Source of the DNA: Candidatus Fermentibacteraceae bacterium
Lineage (GTDB): Bacteria > Fermentibacterota > Fermentibacteria > Fermentibacterales > JCC-6
Assembly (NCBI GenBank): GCA_016936235.1
Contig: JAFGPK010000093.1
Span: 99 to 64,098, forward strand
Length of the DNA stretch: 64,000 bases
Direction: 5' to 3'
The notes beneath the pieces are model-generated. The model saw only the letters and a list, made by a program, of their open reading frames with translations. It ran no database searches and was not told the DNA's origin. Every line of letters starts with the position of its first letter. The first letter of the stretch is position 1. Below are positions 1 through 9,184 of this stretch, one piece after another. The position numbers were made by a program, and so were the translations under genes.

Positions 1-496
1 TATGGCTATCTCCGTTTCGATCTGGATCGCTTCCCGGAAACTGTGAATCGAATAACGAAAATACCAACAATCGGATACCGAGGTCAATCAGATCATGAAC
101 CTCAGCCGTTGTTCATGCCGCCTGAAATATTGATGCACCATCGATACTGATTCTGAATATCATTATCTGCGGTGGTCCACACACGAACACTGACTGTTGG
201 CCTTTTCTAAAGGAGCATTCATGCCTTGATGTCGGAGTGCGAGACGAGGCAGCGGTCCTCAGTCTATTTCGCATAGACGATTATGGCGAATCTTATTACA
301 CCATCGAGATATCTTCTGACATGGCAGAAGCCGAGGGACTGCTTTCGGAATCTTCCTTCATCATCGGTCTTCCCGACAGCGATTATCAGTGACGCGCGGT
401 TGCGCCGATGTTGCGCCGGAAGCCCGGGGAGTTGAATATTATGAACCATCGGTTTGACATGACACCTCCTGGATTATGCTGGAAGGAACACCCTGA

Positions 497-1921
497 ATGA
501 ATGTCACTCTCGTGTATCCCAACTACGGTGAAGGGAAACGATCCAAATACTTCCCCTTCGGTCTGGCATACGTGGCCGCCGCAATGGAGCAGGCAGGTGC
601 TAAGGTAACCGTTGTCGACATGGAGGGCGATGACCTGTCCTTGAACCGCGCCGTGGAACTGGTGGTTGAGAGCGATCCGGCGATAGTGGGTTTCGGGGGG
701 ATGGTCACCAGGTTCCGGATAGTGAGGGAGCTGGGGACCAGACTAAGAGAACTCCTGCCTGATGTGATTATGATGGCCGGGAACAGCGGTGCTTCGACCC
801 TGCCCGGACTGTACTTGCTCAGATGCATGCTGGACGCCGTTGTCCTCGGAGAGGGAGAGGCAACATCCGCGGAACTGGTCCGGACTGTCAATGAAGGCAC
901 CGACTGGAGGAAGGTTCCGGGTCTTGCCTTTCTGAGCGGCGGGGAGCTTGTCTACTCGGAGACCAGGAAAATGCGTTCCGACCTGGATTCCCTGCCCCAT
1001 CCCGCATGGGGACTCTTCCCCGTGGAGAATTACGTCACGAGCATGGACCACAGGCAGAAAACCCAGCCTCACCTGGAGGTTGGTGCAAGCAGGGGCTGTC
1101 CATACAGCTGCGTTTACTGCTACCATATCTACGGAAGGAAAGTGAGGCGTCGTTCTCCCGCGTCCATAGTGAACGAGATCGTGGAGCTCGTGGATAGGTT
1201 CGGTATCGAATACACGGGTTTTCCTGACGACCTGTTCACAAGTGACAGGGAATTCGTGCTGGAGACATGCAGGCTTCTCAGAGGCAGGCTTCCGAATATC
1301 GGATGGAGCTGCATCGGCCGGGTGAACCTGGTGGACCCGGAAATGCTGAAAGAGATGCGCCGGTCAGGGTGTGACTGGATATCCTTCGGTATCGAATCCG
1401 GCAGCGACAGGATGCTCGAGAGGATGAAACGCAACGTCAGCGCCGAGGATTGCCTGAGGGGGATAAGAATGACCAGGGAAGCGGGTATCCACGCTGAGGG
1501 TTCGTTCATAATCGGAATGTTCGGCGAGACTGAGGAAACCGTGAGGGAAACCGTCGAGTTCTGCAGGCAGGCCGACATCACCGCACCGATGCTCTACGTA
1601 ACTCCCTATCCTGGAACCGAGATCTTCCGGCAGGCCGTGGACGCCGGTCTCATCCCGGATGTTGAATCCTTCCTCGAGAAAATGAACGCTGCCGACCAGC
1701 TGCTCGTGAACCTTACGGAGATGCCCGATCATGAACTTCAGAGGCTGAAGGAGTGGGCGCAGGGTCAGATTGGCCGCAGCTATCTCATGCGAAAGCCGCT
1801 GACCAGGATACCCGGCCTTTTATGGAAACACATCAGGCTGAAAGGATTGAAAGGCATCACAGGGGATGCGAGGGAACTGACCTCGAGCTTCTTCCGCAAG
1901 CGTGACAGCTCCAGGGAATGA
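497..1921 (+). CDS. B12-binding-domain radical SAM protein (class B)
   Basis: 474 aa ORF. The N-terminal region is Rossmann-like and resembles a cobalamin-binding domain (KVTVVDMEGDD...IVGFGG). The CxxxCxxC cluster motif is GCPYSCVYCYH. ATG at 497 has GGAAGGA about 9 nt upstream. Confidence 0.85.
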   Translation: MNVTLVYPNYGEGKRSKYFPFGLAYVAAAMEQAGAKVTVVDMEGDDLSLNRAVELVVESDPAIVGFGGMVTRFRIVRELGTRLRELLPDVIMMAGNSGASTLPGLYLLRCMLDAVVLGEGEATSAELVRTVNEGTDWRKVPGLAFLSGGELVYSETRKMRSDLDSLPHPAWGLFPVENYVTSMDHRQKTQPHLEVGASRGCPYSCVYCYHIYGRKVRRRSPASIVNEIVELVDRFGIEYTGFPDDLFTSDREFVLETCRLLRGRLPNIGWSCIGRVNLVDPEMLKEMRRSGCDWISFGIESGSDRMLERMKRNVSAEDCLRGIRMTREAGIHAEGSFIIGMFGETEETVRETVEFCRQADITAPMLYVTPYPGTEIFRQAVDAGLIPDVESFLEKMNAADQLLVNLTEMPDHELQRLKEWAQGQIGRSYLMRKPLTRIPGLLWKHIRLKGLKGITGDARELTSSFFRKRDSSRE

Positions 1922-2040
1922 AACCTGTCCCGAGCGCTGACTATTCTGCCTGATTCAGCATGCGGTCCGCGAGAAGGCCGTTCCAGTGACGCCAGACCTG
2001 ATGACGCAGATGAACGGGCGGTTCCCGATCAAGAGTGAAG

Positions 2041-3471
2041 CTACCTGCCCTTGAGCCCGTCGCCGCTGCCGCCGAGACCCCTGATGACTCGAAAGGCCTT
2101 TCTGGCCGCTGATCCTGGATGGCTGAGAAGCTCGGCGGTCCAGTCCAGTATGTTTTCGTAACTGGTCAGCTTACGCCAGCTCCGGTACCTCTCTATCTTT
2201 CTTTTCCAGCTGATCACATCCTCAAGGGAGAGGAAGGGCAGCCGCATGTTCATGACCTCACAGGCCCTGTTCCTGGCCGGGTCCAGCAGTTCCGGATTGG
2301 TGTCGTTGGCAAGGTAACCGTTCTCCTTCGCCCAGTCGTGAATGTACCGGCCTGGAATGGCGGTCGACAGGTAGACGATTATATCATCGGGCTTCAGCCG
2401 CTTCAGATGCTGGTATGTGGCCATGAGGTCCTCCTCGTTCTCCATGGGGAAACCTATCATGAGGTTCGCGGTGGCTTCGATACCGAATTCATGACACCAT
2501 GCAAAGGCTTTCTCTGCCTGCTGAGGAGTAGTTCCCTTGCGGTAGAAGTCCAGGATCTTCTGGCTTCCGCTCTCGACTCCGAAAGAAATGCAGCTGCAGC
2601 CGCTCTCTCCCATTATCCGGACCTTCTCGCGGGTAACAGTATCCACCCTGCTGTTGCAGTGCCAGCACAGCCGGATTCCCCTGCCTGAAAGAAGGTCCCG
2701 GAAATCCTCGAACCACCCTGATGGATGCATTGTTATGGTATCATCCTTGAAGAACACCGGCAGGCTATCGGCAGGCCTGAGCTCCGCCAGCTGAGCGATC
2801 TCCTCCACGACATTCTCCGCGCTCCTGTACCTGATATTGCCTCCGAAGATGAAATCCGTGCTGGGTTTGCAGTAGATGCAGTTGAACGGACAGCCCCTGG
2901 TCGTGACCACTCCGTATTCAGACATGCCCTCCCTCATGTAGGAGTCGTAATCAACTACATCCCTCGCAGGGAAAGGAAGGGAGTCAAGATCGGATGGTAC
3001 CGGTCTCCTTGGATTCTCGATTATCTTCCCCGAACGGCGGTACACCAGGTTCATCATACCCGATGGGTCTTTCCCCGAATCCAGTGCGTCCGCCAGTTCC
3101 ACGATGGATTCCTCCGCCTCACCGGTCAGTACGTAATCGAATGGAATGCGCTCCATGGTATCCGCGGGGAATATGCTGGGATACGCTCCCCCCGCCAGGA
3201 ACATCGCGTCGGGAACGACCCTCCTGAGATGGTTCGTGACGATCTCCGCCCTGCTCATCTTGGCGGCCGCGGAGATGGCCACTCCGACGAGGCCCGCTCC
3301 CGAAGCCCTGCCGTCAAGCTCGTCGATGGTTCTGCAGAAGGAATAATCCAGATACTCAACGTCATGCCCTGAACTGCGCAGCGCCGAGACCAGCTGAAGC
3401 AGCCCGACGGGTTCCGCCAGACCGTTGTACTCTATCCAATCCCACCTGGGATAGACCAGTGCTATCTTCAC
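2041..3471 (-). CDS. B12-binding-domain radical SAM protein (class B), second copy
   Basis: 476 aa ORF with a GTG start. It has the same architecture as 497-1921 (DVEYLDYS...VGVAIS, CxxxCxxC = GCPFNCIYCKP) and is convergent with it. Confidence 0.85.
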   Translation of the reverse strand: MKIALVYPRWDWIEYNGLAEPVGLLQLVSALRSSGHDVEYLDYSFCRTIDELDGRASGAGLVGVAISAAAKMSRAEIVTNHLRRVVPDAMFLAGGAYPSIFPADTMERIPFDYVLTGEAEESIVELADALDSGKDPSGMMNLVYRRSGKIIENPRRPVPSDLDSLPFPARDVVDYDSYMREGMSEYGVVTTRGCPFNCIYCKPSTDFIFGGNIRYRSAENVVEEIAQLAELRPADSLPVFFKDDTITMHPSGWFEDFRDLLSGRGIRLCWHCNSRVDTVTREKVRIMGESGCSCISFGVESGSQKILDFYRKGTTPQQAEKAFAWCHEFGIEATANLMIGFPMENEEDLMATYQHLKRLKPDDIIVYLSTAIPGRYIHDWAKENGYLANDTNPELLDPARNRACEVMNMRLPFLSLEDVISWKRKIERYRSWRKLTSYENILDWTAELLSHPGSAARKAFRVIRGLGGSGDGLKGR

Positions 3472-3600
3472 CCGACCTTGCCTTTCAATTAAGGATCATC
3501 ACTGCAGGCGCAAAAGGGATCATAACCCACAATGATAAGCGGCACATCGGTCTTCTGCAATCCCATGACCCGCCCGACCTCTGCTTCCGGGACATCGTCA

Positions 3601-5811
3601 CTAACGCACAAGCAGCAGCTTCCTGCTGACGGAGGCATCACCCGCGGTCAACCTTACAAGATAGACGCCCGAAGGCTGTCCGGTCCCATCCCAGGTCCCG
3701 GTCACACCGGGGATAATCTGCGAATGATGGACCATCCTTCCATCGGACGAATAGACCGAGACATCTGCGGGACCTTCGCAGATGCCGTCGACGGTTAGAG
3801 TGACCAGACCTCTGGAAGGATTGGGATACGCTGCGAGAACCAGTTGCCCGCAGGTACCAGGTGCTTCCTCGAATCCCAGCTGTTCGTCGGTGAGTTCCAC
3901 GACGCCGAACCCCCTCAAACCTGCGAAGAGCTGGGTGGGACCCTCACCGTAGACAATGTCCCAGACCACCCTGTTCTCGATACCGGTGCTGAGGGACTGC
4001 CAGGAACCGCCCATGTCGGGGCTCCATCTGATGCCCGTGCCGTTGGTTCCGGCGAATACGTTGTCGTTCAGGCTGCCCTGTACCGTCCACATGAGACCCG
4101 AGGAGCCGGGGCAATGCTGCCATGAGGCTCCCCTGTCGAAGGACCTGTAGACCCCACCGTCGGTGGCCAGGTAGGCCATGGGGCTGCTGCCGTTCCGTGC
4201 GGACAGGCCGGGATGGTAGGTGCCCGGCACAGAGGCCTGGGTATAGGTGAAGCCTCCGTCGTCGGAGAAGTAGACACCGCCGCCAAGCTGCTGGAACGCA
4301 GCAAGTACCCGGATATCCCCCGAGGCGAGTTCGATGAGCTCAATGGACGGGTAGAGGGCGAAGGGCAGTCCGCTTCCTGGAGCCCAGGTGGCACCTCCGT
4401 TGAACGTGTACTGAATCCCCGACGATGCTGCTCCCGCCCATGCCCTGTCCGGGTTGTCCGGATCGAACGCCACACTTGAAACCTGCGTACCGGCCAGTCC
4501 TGCAGGAGCCCAGCTGTCGCCGTAGTCGTCGGACCTGAAGACTCCGTCATCCGTAGCCACATAACGAACCGGACCGCTGTATTCCAGGTCCGACTCCGGC
4601 GCGATATCGTAAATGACCCAGCTGGGAGGACCGGGATCGATTATCTCCCATGATACGCCGGCATCGGTACTCCTCCAGAGTCCGTGGTGTTCCCCTCCGG
4701 CCAGAAGGGTACCGCCGGCGGAGTCGTAGGAGACGGTGTGTATGAAGGCGTTGGATATGCCCTCCTGTGAAACGGCGTAGCAGCTGCCTGTCTCCGGTGT
4801 CCTGTACAGGCCTCCGTAGTGGCCCACCAGACAGCCGATGGAGCCGGCGCACCCCGCCTGCCAGTAGGAAGCGACTATTCCCCCTGTGTTCAGGGTCCAG
4901 GTGATTCCCATGTCGTCGCTCTCGTAGACCCCTCCTTCGGTTATCACCGGGGCGTAGAGACCCGTGCCGTCGCATACGGCAGGGGAATAGCTCGTACCCG
5001 GCACGACCAGGTCCCAGGAGGATCCGAAGTCGCCGCTCATGTAGAAGCCGTCGGAAGTGGTGGCTATGATGGTCTCTCCGGAGCCGAAGGGGGCGGCCAG
5101 CAGTCCCCAGCCCGAACCGGCCGGTCCTATGGGAGACCAGGAGGCACCTCCGTCCAGTGACCTGTAAACCGAGTAGTCAAGACCGGACATTGCCACGTAC
5201 ATGGTGTCAGGATGCTGCGGGTCGCATCCGAAACCCTTCATGTACCCCGTCGAAAGCCCCACTTCCGTCCAGGTGGCTCCCGCGTCGGTGGACCTGCGTA
5301 TGCCGTTGCTGGAGGAGAGTCCGGCTATGAGCAGATCAGGGTCGGCGCAGTTGACCCCGATGCCAATCACGTAGGCCGTGGCCATGCCGGAAACGGTATT
5401 CCAGTTCACGCCGTTGTCAGCGGAGACGTAGAGCCCTGTCCTTGTCCCTGCATAGAAGGTGCCGGGAGCAGCAGGGCCGCCGGAACACACGGCATTCACC
5501 TGAATCGGGCAGAGCTCGGTGGCGGACCATGTCGCGCCGCCATCGGTACTACGCCAGACGCCACCGGCATCCGACGCCATGGAGAATCCGCAGCCGGCTA
5601 TCACCACGCTGCTGTCCGATCCGGACATCGCCAGCCCTTTCAGATTGCCGCCCCAGGGCCCGCTGCCGGTCCATTCCCCCACGCCCGTGGCAGGGAGCAT
5701 CTCAGATACCGCGTAACCCTGAACATCCAGCGAGTGGGAAGGCAGGACACAGCCCGTCTCCGGATGGGTGAAAAGCGCAATGAGGCTCAAAAGACAAATG
5801 GATATGGACAT
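3601..5811 (-). CDS. Secreted Asp-box (BNR) beta-propeller repeat protein with T9SS-type C-terminal sorting domain
   Basis: 736 aa. N-terminal signal peptide MSISICLLSLIALF. I count 12 S-x-D-x-G-x-[TS]-W Asp-box repeats (STDGGATW, SADNGVNW, STDAGATW and others). The C-terminal ~80 aa is CTD-like (YPNPSRG...VSVYSSDGRMV...GVYLVRL...KLLLVR). GGAGG lies 6 nt upstream of the ATG. Confidence 0.7.
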   Translation of the reverse strand: MSISICLLSLIALFTHPETGCVLPSHSLDVQGYAVSEMLPATGVGEWTGSGPWGGNLKGLAMSGSDSSVVIAGCGFSMASDAGGVWRSTDGGATWSATELCPIQVNAVCSGGPAAPGTFYAGTRTGLYVSADNGVNWNTVSGMATAYVIGIGVNCADPDLLIAGLSSSNGIRRSTDAGATWTEVGLSTGYMKGFGCDPQHPDTMYVAMSGLDYSVYRSLDGGASWSPIGPAGSGWGLLAAPFGSGETIIATTSDGFYMSGDFGSSWDLVVPGTSYSPAVCDGTGLYAPVITEGGVYESDDMGITWTLNTGGIVASYWQAGCAGSIGCLVGHYGGLYRTPETGSCYAVSQEGISNAFIHTVSYDSAGGTLLAGGEHHGLWRSTDAGVSWEIIDPGPPSWVIYDIAPESDLEYSGPVRYVATDDGVFRSDDYGDSWAPAGLAGTQVSSVAFDPDNPDRAWAGAASSGIQYTFNGGATWAPGSGLPFALYPSIELIELASGDIRVLAAFQQLGGGVYFSDDGGFTYTQASVPGTYHPGLSARNGSSPMAYLATDGGVYRSFDRGASWQHCPGSSGLMWTVQGSLNDNVFAGTNGTGIRWSPDMGGSWQSLSTGIENRVVWDIVYGEGPTQLFAGLRGFGVVELTDEQLGFEEAPGTCGQLVLAAYPNPSRGLVTLTVDGICEGPADVSVYSSDGRMVHHSQIIPGVTGTWDGTGQPSGVYLVRLTAGDASVSRKLLLVR

Positions 5812-5910
5812 GGCGACCTCCGGTTCCCTGAATATCGTTAATGGCTTTCTGATATTAAGATAAGGGATACGGGGCGGCTGTCAAATCATGCTCGGCTCCG
5901 CCCTGATCAT

Positions 5911-6825
5911 CTACCAGTTCACGGGCGCCATGCCCAGGAAGAACCTCCTGTAGCTCACGTCATGGTCCTGGTGGGTAATCAGGGTCAGGGTGCTGATCCT
6001 CTGCACCGTCTCATCGGGAAGGGGAAATACTATCAGGGCGTCGCCCATCCATTCCCCGGATGTCACGAATTCCTCCCAAGTGGACCACATCGCCTCCACC
6101 TCGTCGGGATTGAGCCTGTACCCCGCCCACTCCCGGAGCACCCCGATGACCCGCTGCCTCTGGTAGCAGCCGATTTCGTCCACTTCCAGCAGGGTGAACA
6201 CCTGCAGCGGATCCACCATGTACATCTCCTGGAAATCCCCATCCGGTTTCAGGAACATCAGTATCCTGTCCACTCCCTGAGGCAGGCCTTCTCCCCTTGC
6301 CAGGAGTCCGGGATACCGGAAGCAGGAAAGCGGCGACATCTCGCACTCGTAGTAGAGGAAACCCTCCTCCAGTCCGGTGCCGGTCCTTACCATGCCCGCA
6401 TCCACTCCTCGCCAGAGGAAGACGGCGTTCTCCCAGACGAAGTCCGAAATCCCCCTCCGGTCGTCGCCATCGAGAACCAGGGGGCTGTCAATGACCTCAA
6501 TCCCCTGCCATATTATCGAATCCCCCGTGGTCCTCATGCCCTCCTCGGGATAGATCTCCGTTGCGCGGCCCTCCGGTATCTCGACGACAAAATCGCCGGT
6601 GAAGCCGCTTCCATGGAAGAATATTACGGGAGCGTCCACCAGCGGCGGCATGGTGCCGTATTCGAACGGTACCGGTCCCACTGAGGAGTACTCGCCCGGG
6701 GGAAGCCCGACGGCGGTTATTCCGGATGCGTCGAACCTTACGACGCCCCACTCGTGGACCTCGACATCACCTGTCAGGAAAGGCAGTATCATCCTCACCG
6801 CAATGGTCGCCGCCAGAAAGCTCAT
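5911..6825 (-). CDS. Hypothetical exported protein
   Basis: 304 aa ORF with a hydrophobic N-terminus (MSFLAATIAVRMILPFL). GGAGG lies 8 nt upstream of the ATG. I recognise no motif. Confidence 0.55.
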   Translation of the reverse strand: MSFLAATIAVRMILPFLTGDVEVHEWGVVRFDASGITAVGLPPGEYSSVGPVPFEYGTMPPLVDAPVIFFHGSGFTGDFVVEIPEGRATEIYPEEGMRTTGDSIIWQGIEVIDSPLVLDGDDRRGISDFVWENAVFLWRGVDAGMVRTGTGLEEGFLYYECEMSPLSCFRYPGLLARGEGLPQGVDRILMFLKPDGDFQEMYMVDPLQVFTLLEVDEIGCYQRQRVIGVLREWAGYRLNPDEVEAMWSTWEEFVTSGEWMGDALIVFPLPDETVQRISTLTLITHQDHDVSYRRFFLGMAPVNW

Positions 6826-6925
6826 TCCGAAACCTCCATCCGTGTAGTCATACGGATTATATACAGCCGGAAGGGAAGGGTCATTCCATCCCGGGTCTTT
6901 CTATTCCACGGGTCTTTCATGATAC

Positions 6926-8275
6926 TTGCACAGTCTCAATGAACCGCGAGGAGAAGCCTATGTCGGATCAGTCTCGGAAAAGCCCGGAAAGCTCGCTGAC
7001 GGCGTTGTGAGATCCTCCGGACACGATCCCTACGGAATCTTCAGGATAGAGGCTTTCAGGAGTCTCATACTGGGCGGGGTCTTCGTGCACATAGGCACGG
7101 CGGCCCAGAGCCTGGCAATATGCTGGGAGGTGTACCAGAGAACCGACCAGGCTATCATGCTCGGACTCATCGGACTGACCCAGGCGATACCCATGCTGCT
7201 CTTCACCCTGCCCGCCGGTTACCTGGCCGATGTCTTCAACCGCCGCAGCGTCATGGTGGCGGGACTGACAGGAACCACACTCACCTCCCTCGCCCTTGCC
7301 CTGTTCAGCTATACCAGGGGATCCATCGAATGGATGTACGTACTCCTCTTCCTGGACGCCTCCTTCCACAGGGTGGCCATACCGGCCAGGACCGCGCTGC
7401 TTCCCCTGGTGGTCCCCGAGGACCAGTTCGAGGGGGCTGTGAAATGGAGGTCCACGCTATTCCAGCTTGCGGCCGTGGTCGGTCCCATGATCGGCGGGTT
7501 CATAATCACCAGGAGCATTCCTTCTGCATACCTTTTCAGCGCCGCGACTACGACGGTCTACATCATCCTGTTGTTCCGCATGACCATTCCCGATGCCCCC
7601 AGGACCCATCGCGGACAGATGGTCAAACAGGTCGTTGAAGGTATAAGGTTCGTCTGGAAACGCAGGCTGATACTGGGCAGCGTATCGCTGGACCTGTTCG
7701 CCGTCTTCCTGGGAGGCGCGGTGTACCTGCTTCCGGTTTTCGCCAGGGACATAATCTCCAGTCCTCCCTTCGGTCTCTCGCCCGCCGAGGTTCTGGGATG
7801 GCTTCGGGCCGCGCCGGCCGCCGGTTCGATAGCCATGGCGCTGATACTGGCCCACCGTCGGCCCCTGAGCCGATCTGGCAGGTCCCTGTTCTCCGCTGTG
7901 GCTGCCTTCGGAATCGCCACCATAGTCTTCGGGTTCTCAAGGAACTTCTGGCTGTCCTGGGCCATGCTGTTCCTCACCGGATTCTTCGACAACATCAGCG
8001 TGGTCATCCGTCATACGCTTGTCCAGCTCAGGACACCCAACCACATGAGAGGAAGGGTCTCCGCCGTGAATTTCATATTCATCGGCTCCTCAAACGAGCT
8101 CGGGGGATTCGAGTCCGGCCTGGTGGCCCAGCTGTGGAACCCAGTGGTCTCCGTGGTGAGCGGTGGCATAGGCACCCTTCTGGTGGTGGCCGCCTGGCTG
8201 AAGCTCTTCCCTGGCCTGCGAAAAGTGCGGGAGCTATCGGGCCCCATGGATGAGGATCAGCAGATCGGCAGCTGA
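6926..8275 (+). CDS. MFS transporter
   Basis: 449 aa with about 12 hydrophobic segments and a typical MFS N-terminus (FRSLILGGVFVHIGTAAQSLAICWEVY...LPAGYLADVFNRR). The ORF-track start is TTG. The true start may lie up to about 30 codons downstream. Confidence 0.8.
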   Translation: MHSLNEPRGEAYVGSVSEKPGKLADGVVRSSGHDPYGIFRIEAFRSLILGGVFVHIGTAAQSLAICWEVYQRTDQAIMLGLIGLTQAIPMLLFTLPAGYLADVFNRRSVMVAGLTGTTLTSLALALFSYTRGSIEWMYVLLFLDASFHRVAIPARTALLPLVVPEDQFEGAVKWRSTLFQLAAVVGPMIGGFIITRSIPSAYLFSAATTTVYIILLFRMTIPDAPRTHRGQMVKQVVEGIRFVWKRRLILGSVSLDLFAVFLGGAVYLLPVFARDIISSPPFGLSPAEVLGWLRAAPAAGSIAMALILAHRRPLSRSGRSLFSAVAAFGIATIVFGFSRNFWLSWAMLFLTGFFDNISVVIRHTLVQLRTPNHMRGRVSAVNFIFIGSSNELGGFESGLVAQLWNPVVSVVSGGIGTLLVVAAWLKLFPGLRKVRELSGPMDEDQQIGS

Positions 8276-8641
8276 TAATCCCGCTTTCACTGAAAAAGAC
8301 TATATTCACATCAGCGATCAATGTGCATCATGTTGAGGCGGGATGACATGAGATCCATATCGCCGTGCAGCTCATGGCGCTTCCGTCCCTGGAACTTCCC
8401 CCGGATCCCTTCGCTACAGAAACCGGGATCGTTCCGGGGGGCATGACGGGGACATGTACCGTACCCGGCTTCGATGCGGCCGGCGGAATGGCGGCATTGG
8501 AGGAGACGGAAGGCGGCCGCCGGACACGGGATGCGGAGAGTTGCCTTCCTGTCCTTGCAGCGTGGTCGTATCAACAGCTCATGGAACAGTCTCCAGAAGG
8601 CTGGTCCATCTGCGGTAGAAACCATCCGAGGAGGTACTGAT

Positions 8642-9172
8642 ATGGCTCTTCTTGTACCTTTCACATCACTTGTCCTCTCTTTGACAGCCGCTGGGGAAGT
8701 AGTCTCACCTCCTCCGCTGGATTCCTTCATCTACCCCGGGGAAGAAGTCGTCCAGTTCCTCGTTCAGCTTGATGACCAGAGACTGGAAACATCGATGTAC
8801 GCCGCCCTTGAGGAGCTGATGGACCTCGGGGGCGAGAACATTCTCTTCTGCCGCATACAGAGGATCGAAGCCCCCCTGGCAGGCTACCTCTTCGACGGTC
8901 TCTGGAATGCCGAGATCGAAGGGGAGGACTTCACCACCTTCAGGATCGGTATCGAGGACGGGTCCGGTGACGGATCCTTCGTCCTTCTGGCAAGAGGGGT
9001 GGACGAGAGCGGCGGCGTGCACTGGTACCCCCCTCCGGGACCGGACTTCAGGCCGACGGGGAATATGCCCATGCCCGAGAGTCTTCTCGATTACGAATTC
9101 CTTCTGGACAGAGGGGAATTCGAGATACTCGAAGAGCACTATCCCCGTCCTGACGATGACAGTACAGAGTAA
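8642..9172 (+). CDS. Hypothetical secreted acidic protein
   Basis: An internal ATG at 8642 of ORF 8474-9172 is preceded by GAGGAGG 7 nt upstream and followed by a signal-like MALLVPFTSLVLSLTAAG. The 5' part of the tracked ORF looks non-coding. Confidence 0.55.
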   Translation: MALLVPFTSLVLSLTAAGEVVSPPPLDSFIYPGEEVVQFLVQLDDQRLETSMYAALEELMDLGGENILFCRIQRIEAPLAGYLFDGLWNAEIEGEDFTTFRIGIEDGSGDGSFVLLARGVDESGGVHWYPPPGPDFRPTGNMPMPESLLDYEFLLDRGEFEILEEHYPRPDDDSTE

Positions 9173-9184
9173 AGGAGACAGACA

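Noticed and set aside
1-150. Open plus-strand frame from the window edge to a TGA at 148-150 (…RFDLDRFPETVNRITKIPTIGYRGQSDHEPQPLFMPPEILMHHRY). It could be the 3' end of an upstream gene.
   Set aside because: Only 49 codons are visible, I recognise no motif, and the local composition is lower in GC. I cannot support it as a feature, though all three minus-strand frames are closed here.
211-229. AGGAG-N5-ATG-CCT-TGA start-stop micro-ORF
   Set aside because: It is too short to distinguish from chance. I mention it only as context in the radical SAM leader finding.
8416-8427. ACAGAAACCGGG, reminiscent of the 3' conserved region of RNase P RNA
   Set aside because: No GGAAAGTCCGGGC or AGGGTGAAA-type conserved regions occur on either strand of the surrounding 366 nt.
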